From Hydrolagus colliei (Eukaryota): DNA of 64,000 nucleotides. The stretch lies in NCBI GenBank assembly GCA_035084275.1, contig CM068763.1, forward strand, positions 5,828,001-5,892,000. The letters run 5' to 3'. The position numbers and the translations under genes are program-made. Under the pieces are notes generated by a model. The model was not told where the DNA came from and did not search any database. It was given only the letters and a program-made list of their open reading frames with translations. Positions 1 to 14,350 of this stretch are shown one piece after another; the first letter of the stretch is position 1; every line of letters starts with the position of its first letter.

Positions 1-3000
1 AGAGGAGACTTCAAACAAGTAAGGTAACACAAACATCCTCAAGATAAATGACTCTGTAATCTTGAAGGTTGTCGGGTAGGACACAGGAGCAAACCATTCA
101 GCCCCTCAAGCCTATTCTGTCATTCTACTAGATCATGGCTGATCTGTATCTCAATTCCATTTATCTAGCTGCCTCTGCTCCATATCCCTTTCATTCCCTT
201 AGCTACAAAATCTATCCACCTCAGTCTTGAAAATTTGAATTGATCCAGCATCCACAGCCTCTTGGGGAAGAAAGAGTTCCAGATTTCCACTACCGTTTTC
301 GTGAAAAACTTCTTCCTGATTTCTCTTGCTTTTTTCTCTTTTCAAGTTGTGTAGGCGGATCTTCCACATGCATCTGATGGAACATCACCCCGCATCCAAA
401 CTTGGTTAATAGAATCATATTCTAAATATTAATAAGATTCTTGGTTTCTCAAACTATTTAAAATGTCAAGGGACATTTCTGTATGAAAATTGGCTGCTGC
501 ATTCACCTACAAAATGCAGTCACCACTCTTTACAGTAAATCCCGTGAGACACTTTGTGATGTCCTCCTGATGTGCAAAGCGAATACGTATATCAAATGCA
601 AGCATTAATTATAGGATTTTACCATTTTCATTTTTAATGTTCAGTTTTATTATTAAATTCTGAAGGTCTTTGATCAGGTAAAAACATTTTGTTTCCGGGC
701 TATTAAATTGCTCTTAGCTTTGGAACAAATTGTTTTCAGTCTTAACTTCTGTTGTTAGCTTTCTACAATTTGCTGCAATCCTTCGGAGATTTTAATACCT
801 TCTTAGAATTGATTTTAGTGTTAAAGATTTTGCAGCTTGCAGTAATTGAAGGTTTTATTGAGGGACATCGATATTTTATCTTTTTTCCAGGCTATTATGG
901 ATTTAAACCTCTCTCTCGAAGAGCCTCGGTTTAAAGGCACCTCACTCTGCTTAAATCTAAGGATCAATGATTCGAATCCACAAGCACAATATTTCTGGTG
1001 TTTCTTAGTCTAGGCACACTTGTCATAGAGTTTAATATCATGCAGATGTTTGGAAAATGTCTTAGATTTAGACCTTATTTGGAAGTCAACTCTTGTAATG
1101 CCACTTATGAGCACACGGGACCTCTGGAATTGCTTACCCAAAATAAGCCAAATTGAGTCAATTTGTAATTATACAGCCAGGGTCGGGTATGGGCAGGGTA
1201 GAGTCCCAGAGGTGGAGTCTAGCCTAAGGGAAAGTGAATGTGACCACAGGCACTGTCAAAAGGAAGGTCTTTAGGCACAACCTGAAAATGGGGAGCAAGG
1301 GGCAAAGTGGATGTATAGAGTGAGAGAGTGCTTCAGAATTTCGGGGAGTAGTGGCAATGCATTAAGAGATTTGAAGATGAATGGGAAGATCTTGCAATTG
1401 ATTTGTTTGGTGATAGGGAGCCATTAGATTCCTGAAGTCAGTTTATTCAGGAGAAGATATGAAGGAAGAAAATAAGAATAAGAATAATCCTTGCATTTAA
1501 TATTGCGCTTTTCATATCTGCCAGATGTCTCAAAGTACTTCACAGAATAAACGGTAAAGTGAACTAATTGAATATTTGAGGGAGAAACGCAGCAGCCATG
1601 TGCGCATAGCAGTGTCCCACAAACCGTCGTGGATTGAAATGATTAATTAGGAACAAACAAGAAACATTGAATTTCAATAGCTTGGATTTCTTCAGAAAGC
1701 ATTTGAAAACCTCAATGATTTACTTTAGTGAAAGTGGCTTTACAAATGTAATGTTGTGGTTGTTGTTATTAATAGATGCAATATCTATATTTCTGTGCGA
1801 GTGAGGTTTACAGTCAATTGTTTCACAAGGAGCTGATCTGCCTCCAAGCCTTCACCTTTCCCTATTGTTATGCACCGAGCCTGCACTTCAAACCTTCAGC
1901 ATCCTGAGCATGTGGCAGGTGTCCTCACTGGTGAGGTTTGAGATGAATTATGCATATTATATACCCTGTATTGTGTTTCTCGGCCCCTGCACCATGTTCA
2001 GTAGCTGAGACTTGTCATCTCTCCCTGCCTCTCAGATAATGAAATTCCTGCCCTTTCAGTCTTTGGGAAGCACTGCAAAAAGCTCACAAAGGTAGACACT
2101 TCACTTTATAGTATATTTTGCAAAGCACTTTGAAATCGCTTGCTGACACGATGAGTCACCGTGTGGAATAATAATTACAATTGTTAATAATCCTTACATG
2201 TGGCATGGAGCTGTACACATCAAGAGGACACACCAAAGCTTTGTGGGATATCCTGCAGAGTGCAGTGACTGTGTGTGCTTTTTTGTGGGCGAACATGGCA
2301 GCCAATTTGCATACAGCAAAGTCTCACAAACAGCCATGAAGCGAATGACCAATTTTATTTGGCGAGGCCAAGTATCAGTTTAGACTAAACACAAAATACT
2401 ACAGTTTAGACTGTATGAGTTGAGAGTCCCGATGTGAGGCTTAATCCCACAATTTCTGATTCAGAGGCAACTGTGCTCCCAGCTGTGCCAGGTTGACACC
2501 CATGAAAAGAGCATTGTCATTGATTTGACCAACACTTGGCAATAATTTCCTGTGAAATCTCTTCAAGACATTTATACGTTATTGGCACTGTATCAGGGTG
2601 CCAAACAATGATCTGCTGGAATTGTTACCGTCAACTCTGTGTGGAGTCGCTATCAGCTGTTGAGATTACTTTCAAAAGTCTTTCAGAACTTTGGTTTTGC
2701 ATTATGCACATCCATGGAGGCAGGAGCAGGTTTTTAAATGGAGATTAAATTTAATTAGAATAGAGTGTGGGCAGTCACTTGGAAACTTATATTGTATTTT
2801 TACAAAATATGTACATTTTAATAGATTATCTATGGCTGCTACTTTACGTACCAATATGCTGGAGTATTAAAATTCATTTTGTACTTAGGAACATTATTTG
2901 CAGGAGCCTACAAGTCTTCAGAGAATATGACTCATCTACAAATGTTCTCTAGCATTAGTCAAATTTCTGTTAGCAGAAAATGCAATGACTGCATTTAAGG

Positions 3001-3508
3001 CTCCAATAACATTCAGCTGGCATTATGTGACATCTAGCTATAGACACCAGAATGTAAAATTCCTCTGTTTGAGCCTGTGAGACCATTTTATATTAATTTA
3101 TCCAGTCCAACCCATATATAATTTGAAAATCTCTATTAGATTTCTACATCTTAAGCCTGCGTTTCCAGCAGAATCAATCTCATGTTTTCAAAGTTGGCAT
3201 GCCTTGCAGTCATGGCTAGACTAAACCCCTTATTTCCAAGGTATAAATCCCAGTCCTTGTTGAATTAGCATCTCAGGAGTGGTACTAGATTAAGTGCTCC
3301 ACTTAAGCATTAGCAATCGCGGACTATGTACCCAATTCTGATCACTATACAATAATAATAATCCTTCCATTTGATATAGTGCTTCATCATTATATTGAGA
3401 TAAGCCTCAAAGCGCTTTACAGGATAAATTGTAAAATGGATTCACTGTGGATTTTGTGGGCGAGCGTGGCAGCCAATTGCCACATAGCAGCGTGTCCCAC
3501 AAATAGTA

Positions 3509-4068
3509 CAGGTATTTCTCGTTTAACATGATAATTTGGTTCTTGAAGAGTGCAACTTGAAGCGAAACAACGTTAAGTGAACACATTTTTCCCATAAGAA
3601 TTAATATATAAACTGGACATCTTCTGAACATTTTTGTAAAAGTTTTCTAAAAAAAACACCATTAAACTTGTTCCCTGACTCCCTGCCCAGCTCACTCACT
3701 CACTTCCTGACTGCCTGCCCGGCTCACTCACTTGCTCCCTGCCTGCCTGTCCATCTCCCTCATTCATTGCCGGTCTCACTCGTTGCTGGTGTCATTTGCC
3801 TCCGGCTAGCTGGTCTCACGCGCTGCCACCTGGCTGGTCTCACTCACTGCCAACTTGCCTCACTCTCTTGCTGCCGGCCTGGCTCACTCACAGACTGCCC
3901 GACACTCCCTTGATGGGCAAGCCTAGCACCATCCTGCCCCCTTTCCATCCGTTGGCGAACAACGTAATGGCGAACATCGCAACGTTAAATGAATATATGT
4001 TCCCTATGTATCAGCAACATAATAACGAATGAACGTTAATCAAAGCAACGTTAAGCGGGGTTTACCTG
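3509..4068. mobile_element. Non-autonomous Tc1/mariner (Tigger-like) DNA transposon nested in a SINE
   Basis: Imperfect TIRs: caggtatttctcgtttaac at the left and gttaagcggggtttacctg at the right. TA at the left flank. The flanks rejoin into the SINE consensus (cccacaaa...ggattgagtga). Contains an internal minisatellite at 3670-3910. Confidence 0.7.
3670..3910. repeat. Degenerate ~24-bp minisatellite
   Basis: Repeating units resembling cctggctggtctcactcactgcca. Confidence 0.6.
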
Positions 4069-4289
4069 GATTGAGTGATCTATTTTTTGCGGGTGGGAAG
4101 GGATTATTACCCCTAGAAAGCGATCTGCTAATTGACTAAAATCCAGGTTCCTACCTACTTCTGTGTAAATAAAATAGTGTGGAATAAGAAAATTGCCTAA
4201 CTTTTCACCCCGCCTAGGAATCAAACCCTGGTTCTCTCACTTGCGAGGTGAGCTCACTAGCCACTATGCTCAGGGACTCCATAATTACA

Positions 4290-6170
4290 GCAACAACAAC
4301 GAGAAACTTACATTTGTACAGCATCTACCATGTTAGGAGGCCGTCCCAGGCACTGGACAGTCAATGTTTCAGACCTGAGCTGGGGTCGGGATCGGGGAGG
4401 GTGCAGGGAAAGGAAGGAATTTGGGATGACCGATGGGAATGTCGAAGAGGTGGGTCTCGATGTGGGTCTTGAAGTATAGGGAGGGGGCTAAGGAGGGGGC
4501 GAGGAGGGGGCGAGGAGGGGGCGAGGAGGGGGCGAGGAGGAGACTCTGCGGGATTGAATTCCAGAGGTTAGGCGCAGAGTGCCTGAAGGCTCGCCCACCG
4601 ATGGTGGGGTGGATGGGTCGAGAGACACGGAATGGGCAGGTTGGTAGGGGTTTGGGAGGTTGCAAAGGTAGGGTAGGCTAAGGCCATGGAATGCTTTGAA
4701 TGTGAGGACCAGGATCTTCAATTAAATCCTTTTGGTGGTGGGGAGCCAATGGAGTCAAGCAAGAATGGTAGAGTTGAGGTCATGGAGCTTGATGTGGTAG
4801 AGGACACAGGCTCCAGAGTTCTGGATGATGCCTATGGAGGGAGGAGTTGTGAAGGCCACAAGCAGGGAGTTGGTGTTCTCAAGCCTGGATGTGATGAAGG
4901 CATGAATGATGGTTTCAGCGGCCTGATGGGTGAGGTAGTGACAGAGTTGGGCAATTTTGCAGAGGTGAGGGAAGGCAGAGTGTGTCATAGCTTGGATGTG
5001 GGGTAGGAAAGACAGTTGAGGATCGAACAAGATACCTATATTCTTACTGGCTTGGTGAGGTGAAGTGTATTACCATGGAGGTTGATGCTGCCAGTGTCTG
5101 ATGTGAAGGCGCTGGGGAGAGCCAATCAGGAGGGCCTCGGTCTTGTTGACATTCAACCGTAGAAAGATACCTCTCATCCAGGACTTGATGTCTGACAGGC
5201 AGTCTATCAGGACAACAGTATCCTGGAATCAAGGATGGAGGCAGAAAGATAGAGTTGGGTGTCATCCGCATACATGTGGAAGTTGACACCATATCTGCGG
5301 ATGATATCGCCAAGGAGGAGCATGCAGATATTAAAAAGTAGTGGGCCAAGGACAGAGCCCTGGGGGATGCCACAGGGACAGTGCGGGAGCTGGAAGAGAA
5401 GCCATTGGTGGCGACAAAGTGGAGATGGTGAGAAAGGTAGGAGTTAAACCAGGCGAGGGCAGTTCAATGAAGATTGAGCTGGGAAGAGAGGTGGTGTAGG
5501 AGGAAGGAGTGGTTGACAGTGTCAAATACAGCAGAGAGGTCAAGGAAGACTAGGAGGCAGAGAGAGCCCTGATCATACATGTTTAAAATGTTGTTAGAGA
5601 CTTTGACCAGGGCTGTGGGCAGAATGGAAACAGGATTGTAGGGGTTCAAATAGGGAATGGCAAGAGTGAAAGGAGTGAAACTGGGATGCAATGGTTTGTT
5701 CCAGAGTGAATGGGAGGTTGGAGATGGGGCAGTAGCTGGAGAGTAGGGATGAGTCTAGGGAATGTTTTTTAGGATGGGTGTGATGACTGAAGTTTTTAGA
5801 GGGGTGGGAACAGTGCCAGTGGATAGGGAGAAGTTGATGATGTCAGTTAGGAGGGGGCTAGGAGGTGGAGCTGGGAGATGAGGATAGAGGTGGGGATAGG
5901 GTCGCGGGAGCAGGTGGCGGGTTTCATTTTCTGGATGAGAGCAGAGAGGGCGGAGGGAGGGATAGGGTCAAAGGTTTGTAATGGGGACTGGGTAGGGGTG
6001 GATCCTGGTAATGGGGGTGGGGGGGGGTGGTAGTATTAATGGTAATGGTGGATGGCATGAGTTGGCTGAACGGATCCGCTCAATTTTAGATTTGAGGAAG
6101 TCCAGCATTTCTTCACAGTTGGAATTGGAAGAGAGGGTGGGTAAGGCATGGGAAGGTGGACGTAGGAAGT
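4290..6170 (-). mobile_element. Degenerate L2-clade LINE (RT and C-terminal region)
   Basis: Frameshifted fragments LVFLDLSAVFDTVNH, HAFITSRL, KILVLTFKAFHGL, RAFRHSAPNLWNSIPQSL, and a (TTG)n tail near 4290. Contains an 11-bp tandem repeat at ~4482-4540. Confidence 0.9.
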
Positions 6171-6840
6171 AGTGCAAAGTATAGAGATTTAGGGTCCGGA
6201 CAGGATTGCCCCCCTTCCCCCCACCCCCCCACACACACACAACAACAAAGTTACATTAGAAGGATGCCTTTCACATCGGGAGGATCCAAGGTACACACAC
6301 ACACACATTCACACATACACACAGAGCATCAAATAGCCTCTTAACACTGACCAGCTGGACCAGATGGATGGATAGACACATGTCAGGTATCTGGGGAGCT
6401 GAACCTTGCAGGAGTCAATGCTTGAGAGAAGGTTTGCTGAAGGTTGGCAAACAATCTTCTATCGTGATCTGCTCTGCTTTACAATGGAAAAAGACATGCA
6501 TTTTACAGACAAGTCATTGGATAAAGTTACACTTCAGGCAGAATGATTTAAAGCACTCTACTAATTAGCAGCTAATTCCAGCTCCTCTCAGCCTGCTGTG
6601 CTTGCTAACCAGGTGCCAACAACTCAACAAAATGTACATTGTATAACTATCTTTATACAGTCTATTGTGTTCAGATTTGATAACCTGATCATAGGAAGGA
6701 TGTAAGGACCATAGAGAGGGTGGATACCAAGGATGAGTGGTTTGACCTAGGTACAGAGAGGGAGGAATGCCACCGAGAATTTGAGGGGAGACCTGATAGA
6801 AGTCTTTAAAATAATTAGTTACACTGGTCAGTGAGTCAGT

Positions 6841-7258
6841 GTCATTCATGGCCTTGCCCTCGCCTATCTCTCCGGCCTGCTGTCTACCTATCAGCCCACC
6901 TGTCCCCTCTGCTCAGCAGGCATCGGCCTGCTCGGCGTCCAACACCCAAACTGCCCCACCATTGGTGGCCAGGCTTTCAGCCTCTGCTCTCCCACTGTGG
7001 AACTCCATCCCACAATCCCTTCGCCTCACTTCCTCTCTTTCCTCCTTCAAGGCCGATCTCAAGACCTTCCTCTTCGACCATGCCTTCTGCTCCCCTCCTA
7101 TCTCTTCAACCTCTCCTACTCTCCTTCCCCTTCCACCTACCCCGCCCTTCCCCCCTACCCGCTCGGGTCTCAACCTGACTGATCAGCGCTTCGGGACATC
7201 CTCCCAATGTGAAAGGCGCTCTATAAATGCAATGTTGTTGTTGTTGTTGTTGTTGTTG
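6841..7258 (+). mobile_element. L2 LINE 3' end
   Basis: LWNSIPQSLRLTSSLSSFKADLKTFLF, the shared 3' UTR, and a (TTG)n tail. Confidence 0.88.
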
Positions 7259-8054
7259 CCTAGAGGTTATCAATTTAAGATAGTTAGCAATGGAGCAAAG
7301 GCAAGGTTAGGAGGATTTACACAGATACCATTAAAGATGATGAATGCCTCGCCTGGTGTGGTTGTTGAAGCAGGATATATATTGGCTTTCAAAAGGGAAC
7401 CCGATAAATATCTGAAGAGGAATAACCTTCAGGGGTAGTGGAGAGATTATTACCCCCACAAAGCGATCATGCCAATTGACTAACCAAAAGGTTCCTGTTT
7501 ACTGTAAGGTAAACATACGTGTGGAGTAAGGAAACTTGCCAAAGGTTTTGCCCTGCCCAGGAATCGAACCTGGACCCTCTCCTTTGCAGGGCAATAAGAT
7601 AATCAATACGCTAAAGGACTTCATTGCTAACTGCCAATGGATAGATTTTGTATCTTAAGCACATGGATTGTAATGAAAGTTCCTGTGTAGACTGCTATTC
7701 ATTGCATTTGAAGAATGAAAATAACTCTCATCATGATTATTGTACTTTACTATTGCTTCTCTGTAAATTTACAGTGTGTGCTTTGATTTAGAAAATCCAA
7801 TTATAAGAATTCACCACCGAGAGAATAACTCTTTGGAATATCAGCTATTCGAGGGATATAGTTATCTCCTTGGGCCAACTGATACCTTAAGTTTTCAGCC
7901 CATGCCCAATAACAGGAATAACATAATGCAGCAATAGCATTTGCCAGTTTCTGTGTGGCAAGGTGAATGCTCTCACCTTCAATGATTGGGTGGAGAGTTG
8001 ATTCAATCTCTAAGTGCCAAGTGTCAGCCCGGCTCAGTTGATACAATACAATAT

Positions 8055-8290
8055 AAATTTATATTGCTCCTTTCACAACTGGAAGATGTCCCAAGATTCT
8101 GGACAGTCAAGAGTTTGGACCCGAGCTAGGGGTTGGGATCGGGGATGATGGAGGGAAGGGAGGGTAGAAGGGTGGCCGAAAGCTCGGTCAAAGAGGAGGG
8201 TTTTTGAGACTCACCTTGAAGGATGCAAGAGCGGGAATGAGGCAAAGGAAATGTGGGATAGGGTTTCAGAGGGTGGGAGCCTTAAGGGAG
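8055..8290 (-). mobile_element. L2 3' fragment
   Basis: Reverse complement of the L2 terminal coding region and 3' UTR seen in the other copies. Confidence 0.65.
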
Positions 8291-9689
8291 CCAATAGCCT
8301 TATATCTTTATTTCATCATAAATTTATACCATTTGAATATTAATGCTGACCAATTTCCTCAAATATTATTAAGTCGAATAATCAGTTCAAAGTCCATGAA
8401 ATCACTGGATTTAGCTGGCGTGTGTACTGAGTAAATTGATTCTCTTGTGACTGGGTTCCCATATCAATGACTTGGCCTAGCATCTACGTTTATCTTCTTT
8501 CTTCTACTAATTGGACCATCATCTCGAATGGTAAGTTTGACTTCAAGCATGAGTGAGCAATACAAGCCTATCATTGGGCAAGTTTCCTACTCCGCAGGCC
8601 TGATAATAATACCCCCCAAAACAATAATAAATTGGTCATTTCAATCCACGACTGTGTGGGCCCATATAAATACAGTCAATTCACTTTACAGTATTTCCGT
8701 GCCTTGGAACTTCTCCTGACATGAAAGGCGTTCTATAAATGTAATTTTATTGTTGTTGTTAAAGCACTTTGAGACATCTAGAAAAAGGTGCTATATCAAA
8801 TGTAAGGATTATTATTAATATTCCTTTTATATCCTATTTGTTTACTCCAGAGTCAACAGGATGTTGGTCACGTCAGGATTTGGAACTGACATAGTGGAGG
8901 AGGGCTGCAATGCTGGAGGTGCCGTCCCTTGGATGAGATGTTAAACCAAGGTCCTTTCTGCCTGTTCAGGTGGACATTAAAGATCCTGTGGCAAGATTCG
9001 AAAAGAGAAAGTAGTTTATACCTTGGTCTTAATTGGTCACTCACTTCACGGCTGTTTTGTGCGACATTGTTGTGCCCAAATTGACTGCCCGCTTACCAAT
9101 AAATGCATATTCACTCTACTTCACTGTGAATCAGTCGGGTATATTCTATTGACAGAAATGGCACTGTACCAAATGCATTGCTAGAATTACTATTATTATT
9201 TTTTAATTCTAGTTATTTATTTATTATTTATTATTAGTATTTCAGTACAGACGAGAGCAAGTGTCACTAGGGTTCCAAATGTTTTATTCAATGATTAGTG
9301 TAAAACATCCCATTACACATGCACTTAGTTCTCTCAGCCCTGCTAAATAGGAAAAGCTGGGTGACAAATAAGTGCTGTTTCAATTTAATCCATTCACAGG
9401 GCGACATCATAATTATTGGATTGTTCCGACAGTCAATCCCAGTGCGAATACCTAATCAAGGAATATTTTCCCTTAAGGCTACAGAGATTACATACTCCTG
9501 GAGACTATTAAAGACGAGGGTAATTCACTATTCTTTATTAAGAATGAAATCGGGGACATTTAGTACATACATTTCCCCCTTGCTCTGGTCTCAGTTTCCT
9601 GCTTAATTTAATTGCCACCCTGAACTTCCTCAAATATGTCTCCGTTCCAGGCTGGCAAAGCAGGTAATGTACCCCAGCATTTCGTCAAA

Positions 9690-10050
9690 CAAAACAACAC
9701 CAACAACTTGTATTTATATAGCACCCCTCACTCAGGGTAGTGTCCCAGAGCGCTTGACAAATGGCGGAGAACAATACCAAGCCTGGGGATGTGACCAAGT
9801 ACATCCCTCAAACCAAGTTGAAAAGGAAGGTCTTCAGGTGCGACCTGAATATGGGGAAGCAGTGGGCAGGGCAGAGGAAGTGAGAGAGAGTGTTTCCGAG
9901 TTTCAGGATATAGTGGCTAAAGGTACAGCCACAAGCAGGAGGCCGGAGCCAGTTGGGCAGAGGCAACGCGTAATGGGTTTGGAAGTTGACAGGTTGGAGG
10001 GCAAGAGAGATGCAAGGGCATGGAGGCATTTCAAGATACTGATCTTGAAG
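9690..10050 (-). mobile_element. Old L2 3' fragment
   Basis: FRSHLKTFLF motif, (CAA)n tail on the plus strand, and an FKI motif remnant. Confidence 0.7.
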
Positions 10051-10260
10051 TCTAAAATTCCACCTCGTCTTGGTCTCAAGAGAATATTTCATTGGAAAAT
10101 TTAAGGTTGCGTTGAATTACGGGTTTCCAAAGAACCAAATGGTTTCCCCGTTCAGACTTAAGAATTTTCTCCAATTCCACATGCTCTTAATGTTTAACAC
10201 AGGCTGAGATTAGGTGGAATTTCAGCAAAAATCCCCATGACCTAGAATCTTTTGCAAAGG

Positions 10261-10461
10261 NNNNNNNNNNNNNNNNNNNNNNNNNNNNNNNNNNNNNNNN
10301 NNNNNNNNNNNNNNNNNNNNNNNNNNNNNNNNNNNNNNNNNNNNNNNNNNNNNNNNNNNNNNNNNNNNNNNNNNNNNNNNNNNNNNNNNNNNNNNNNNNN
10401 NNNNNNNNNNNNNNNNNNNNNNNNNNNNNNNNNNNNNNNNNNNNNNNNNNNNNNNNNNNNN
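10261..10461. other. Assembly gap
   Basis: Run of N. Confidence 0.99.
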
Positions 10462-12059
10462 CTTTCCAAGAGACAGCAGAGACAGCAAAGACACAATGGG
10501 TCGAATGGCCTCATTCTATGCTACAGATTTTTATTGTACAGTGGATCTGTGTGGCTTGGGTCCACACCAAGCACTAGCTTTACCCACTGAACCAGCCAGA
10601 GAGCTTGGGGTGATGGTGTTATCTGTCAAACACACACTCGCTGATCTGAACAACCTGTGTCCTGGCAGATAACAGAAGTCTGTATCAGTAAACTGCACGG
10701 ACAGTTTGGCATCAATGTTAGTCTTGACCGTGTAACTTTCTAAAAGCATAAAGGCAGGATAAATTACAGGGATAGATGGACAGACATGTAGTAAACAGCC
10801 TTAGCTCCCAAATCTTATTAAACAAGGCTCGTCCTCCAGTGGTTTGGATCACCCTTTGCAGGGCAAATTGGAGCTTAGGTTTAGCTTAGGTCTGGTTAGA
10901 TCAAAAGTTATTTTTTACTGATCTGTCTGTTGGATTGAATGTTCACTCTCCAAGTGCTAAATTCTTTCTATATTTATAAATCAATTCTTTGTTCAAATAA
11001 TTCCGGCAATTCCCTGGCAGGACAAAACCTTTGGCAGGTTGCCTTACTCCACACACCTCTGTTTACACCTCCAGTGTTCTCCTGACCTCTGGCGCTCTGT
11101 AAGTGTAATTTTGTTCTTGTTTGTTGTTTACCTAGCAGGAAGTAGGAACTCAGGTTGTTAGCCAATTGGCGGATCGGTTTCCGGTAGGCAATAATCCCTT
11201 CAAATGATTTTATTTTTAAATATGTTCACTCAATTCACGACTATTTGTGCAACGCTGCTGTGTGCAATTGGCTGCTGGGTTTCGCCCATAAAATACACAG
11301 TATACCCTATGAAGCACTTTGAGACATTTCGATGACGTGATCAGATGCTATACCAAATGCAAGGACATTTATTGTTATTATTATATAGAACAACCGACAA
11401 TGAGACACACGGGAGCTGAGCAAGAGAAGACTGTGGGCACCGCACACACACACAGCAGATGTCACCGAGACATGCCAGCTACAGATAAGAGTGAATTATA
11501 CTTCTCTGATATTTGCGCATCCCAAACTTTCCATCAGTTCATTTATTCAGTAATTTGATGCTGTGAGTGGCACACCAGTGGGAGCTTGTCCCTGATCACT
11601 GACCCTCTCACTAGATTTGATTCAGAGCTTTTCATAACTGTCAGAGAGACAGCATCATCAGACCATCTGTCGGACTGCTCCGAGGAGATTAACACTTGTT
11701 TTTTTATTATTATGTTTTTGGAATTTAAGTAGACGCTCGCATCTCGCAGTCCTTGATGGATCAGCCTCTAGGTGTCACCCAGACACGGGTGGTGTCCCAA
11801 AAGCGGCATGGCTGACACTGACACCAACGGTTGAAGATTTCACCTCAAAACGAAAAGCTGCTGGGTTATTGAACCTGAGCCCTCAGAGCAAAGGGAAAGG
11901 GCAGGTGTTGTAATCTGGTGATTAAAAGGCTCCTGCTGTCTGACGTTTGGTAGAAGGGCTTAGAAATCCCACCAGATCTCCATCGCTATAGAGCTCGCTG
12001 TGCCCGCTGTGCCCAGTATGCTTACGTCTCCGCCTGATCCAATACAGAGAAAGTGGGAA

Positions 12060-12380
12060 TAATAATAATCCTTGCATGTGATACAGTGCTTTATCGTGTC
12101 TCCAAACACTTCACAACATATACTGTAAATTGAATTCACTGTATATTTGGTGGGCGAAATGTGGCAGCCAATTGCAGCGTCCCTCAAACAGTCGTGGATT
12201 GAGTGACCAATTTTTTTTAAAAGGGATTATTAAACCCGGAAAAGCAATTCACCAATTGATTAACAACCGGGTTCCTATTTACTGCCAGGTAAACAGAGCA
12301 GTGTGGAGTAAGAAAACTGGGAATTGAACCCAGGTCCTCTTACTTGCTACAGGACTAACCACCATACTTCAGGACCCTAC
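12060..12380 (-). mobile_element. tRNA-derived SINE with Deu-like core
   Basis: Reverse complement of the family seen at 37113-37430 (core caattggctgcc...tgtgaag..tttg, tail atgcaaggattattat). Confidence 0.7.
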
Positions 12381-13449
12381 AACTTTTAGTCGACATATTC
12401 CAGGCTGTGTTTTCAATGCTAATGAACACATTTATCAAGAAATTGCCCCCCACCACCCATCATATCAGGGATGTCGGGTAAATTATTTATTTCCCCCCGA
12501 TAGTGCAATAGAAGATACACAGATTAGTGCGCAGACAGGTGCTTGCCAATAAAATGCAGTCACTATACTTTATAGTAAATTAAATGATATTAAATCATTA
12601 TGATTTATTATTAAATGGAGAATAGGAGAGACCAGCAATAACAGAGCGAGATGGAATGAGAGAAAGAGAGACAGAATTTTGGGGGAGTCAGCCATGTGTC
12701 TGACATATGTGAAATCCTCGTTAGCCAGCCGGCCGGCAGGCAGAAAGACAATGTTTGTTAACAATTCAAGGCATTATTTGCCAGCCTTGAAGTTACAAAT
12801 GAAAGTACAAAGGACACCTCATAAAGATGATTTCCCCAGAAAGTTACCTTTCCATGGCAACAATGGGGCAGGATCAGCACGCTTGACGATCCGAGACCTT
12901 CAGTCAGAGAAGGGACTTCAGAATATTCATATTCCTTCACATGAAATCACACCTGATGGGTATGAGGTGAAGGAAACCTTCAAACATAGAACTAGTAGCG
13001 AGAGGGAGAGAGAGAAAGCGCACGCGAGAGAGAGAGAGAGAGAGAAAGAATCAACACTGTGTAAATCCATTAAGAGTTTTTAATTCCAATTAAGAATGCA
13101 GATAGTCAATGTGGGGCTTCTGGTATTCCAGATACCAGCCATCGGCAGGTACCGGCTGCGGCCCGAGGGGAACAACAGATAAACCAATATTTATAGCTAT
13201 TGCTGACTCCCAGGACAAGATGTGTAAATCCAGGATAAGGAAGGCAAAGCTGATTATACGGCCTGCCTCGTAAGAGTCTTATAGCTCTGATAAAGCTTGG
13301 ACAAAAGAAAACATTCACTCCCGAGGCATTCGCTTCTCCTGCCAGATTCTTTCCATGTGCTTGTGTATGGGAAACAGAGGCTTTCTCACAACTCTGACAT
13401 GAAGAATGGCACAAATGGAGCAATTTGCTCCCATTTCATTTCTTGGGCT

Positions 13450-13770
13450 AATTGTGGAAGTGTATTAGTTAGCGCGCTCACCTCGCAAGCGAGAGGACCT
13501 GGATTTGTTTCCATGGCAGGGTGAAACCTTAGGCAAGTTTTCTTACTCGACACACCACTGTTTACCTTGCAGTAAGTAGGGACCTGGTTGTTGGTTGATT
13601 GGCGGATCGCTATCTGGGGGGATAATAAATGCTGTGCGCATTTGGCTGATGCATTCCACGCACAAATTACGGAGTCAATCCACTTTACAAATACATTCTG
13701 TGAGGCGCATTGAGATGTCTCAATGATGTGGAAAGGTACTGTATCAAATGCAAGGATTATTATTCTTAAT
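13450..13770 (+). mobile_element. tRNA-derived SINE with Deu-like core
   Basis: tRNA-like head (gttagcgcgctcacctcgcaagcgagaggacctgg), core, and atcaaatgcaaggattattatt tail. Confidence 0.72.
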
Positions 13771-14084
13771 TAACACAGGAATGAGTCTACCAATGCTGTA
13801 AACATTATCTCTGCCGTTTATAATAGCAATAATCTATAGCTCCTACAACAGTGAAACATCTCAAAGCTGATCATTGCAGGGTAGTGACTGTGTATTTGCG
13901 GGCAAACATTGCAATTAATTTTGCATAAAGAAAGGTCTACAGAAACAGCCGTGATGTGAATGATCAATTTTAGCATCCAACCAAACAGGCAGACTGTCAG
14001 TTGGACAGATCATCCTAAACCCCATCTCTGCCAATGTAGTGCTCTCTCTACCAGTACTGTGTTGGATTATAAAAAAGATTAGAA

Positions 14085-14350
14085 ATAGGAGCATGAAAGG
14101 GGAAGTGAGGACGATTATTTGTCACTCAGAGGGTTATCAATGTATGGAATGAATTGCCACGGGTGATTGTTGGACCAAAGGTACTGTAATTGGAGCATTT
14201 AAAAGGGAATTAGACAGGCACGGGATATTGGAGAGGACACGGGAAGAGCAGGGAATTAGGATTAAGACAGATGGCTTCATAGGGGAAGCAAACACCAATA
14301 CTAATCCTGTAAGTCAAATGGCCTCCTGCTCTGCTGTAGATTTCCATGGT
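14085..14350 (+). mobile_element. CR1 LINE 3' fragment
   Basis: cactcagagggtt..tggaatg..ttgcc, tttaaaagggaattaga and aaatggcctcct match the CR1 3' end at 36600-36878. Confidence 0.65.

Noticed and set aside
10222-10590. ORFs containing poly-X
   Set aside because: Artefacts of the N gap.
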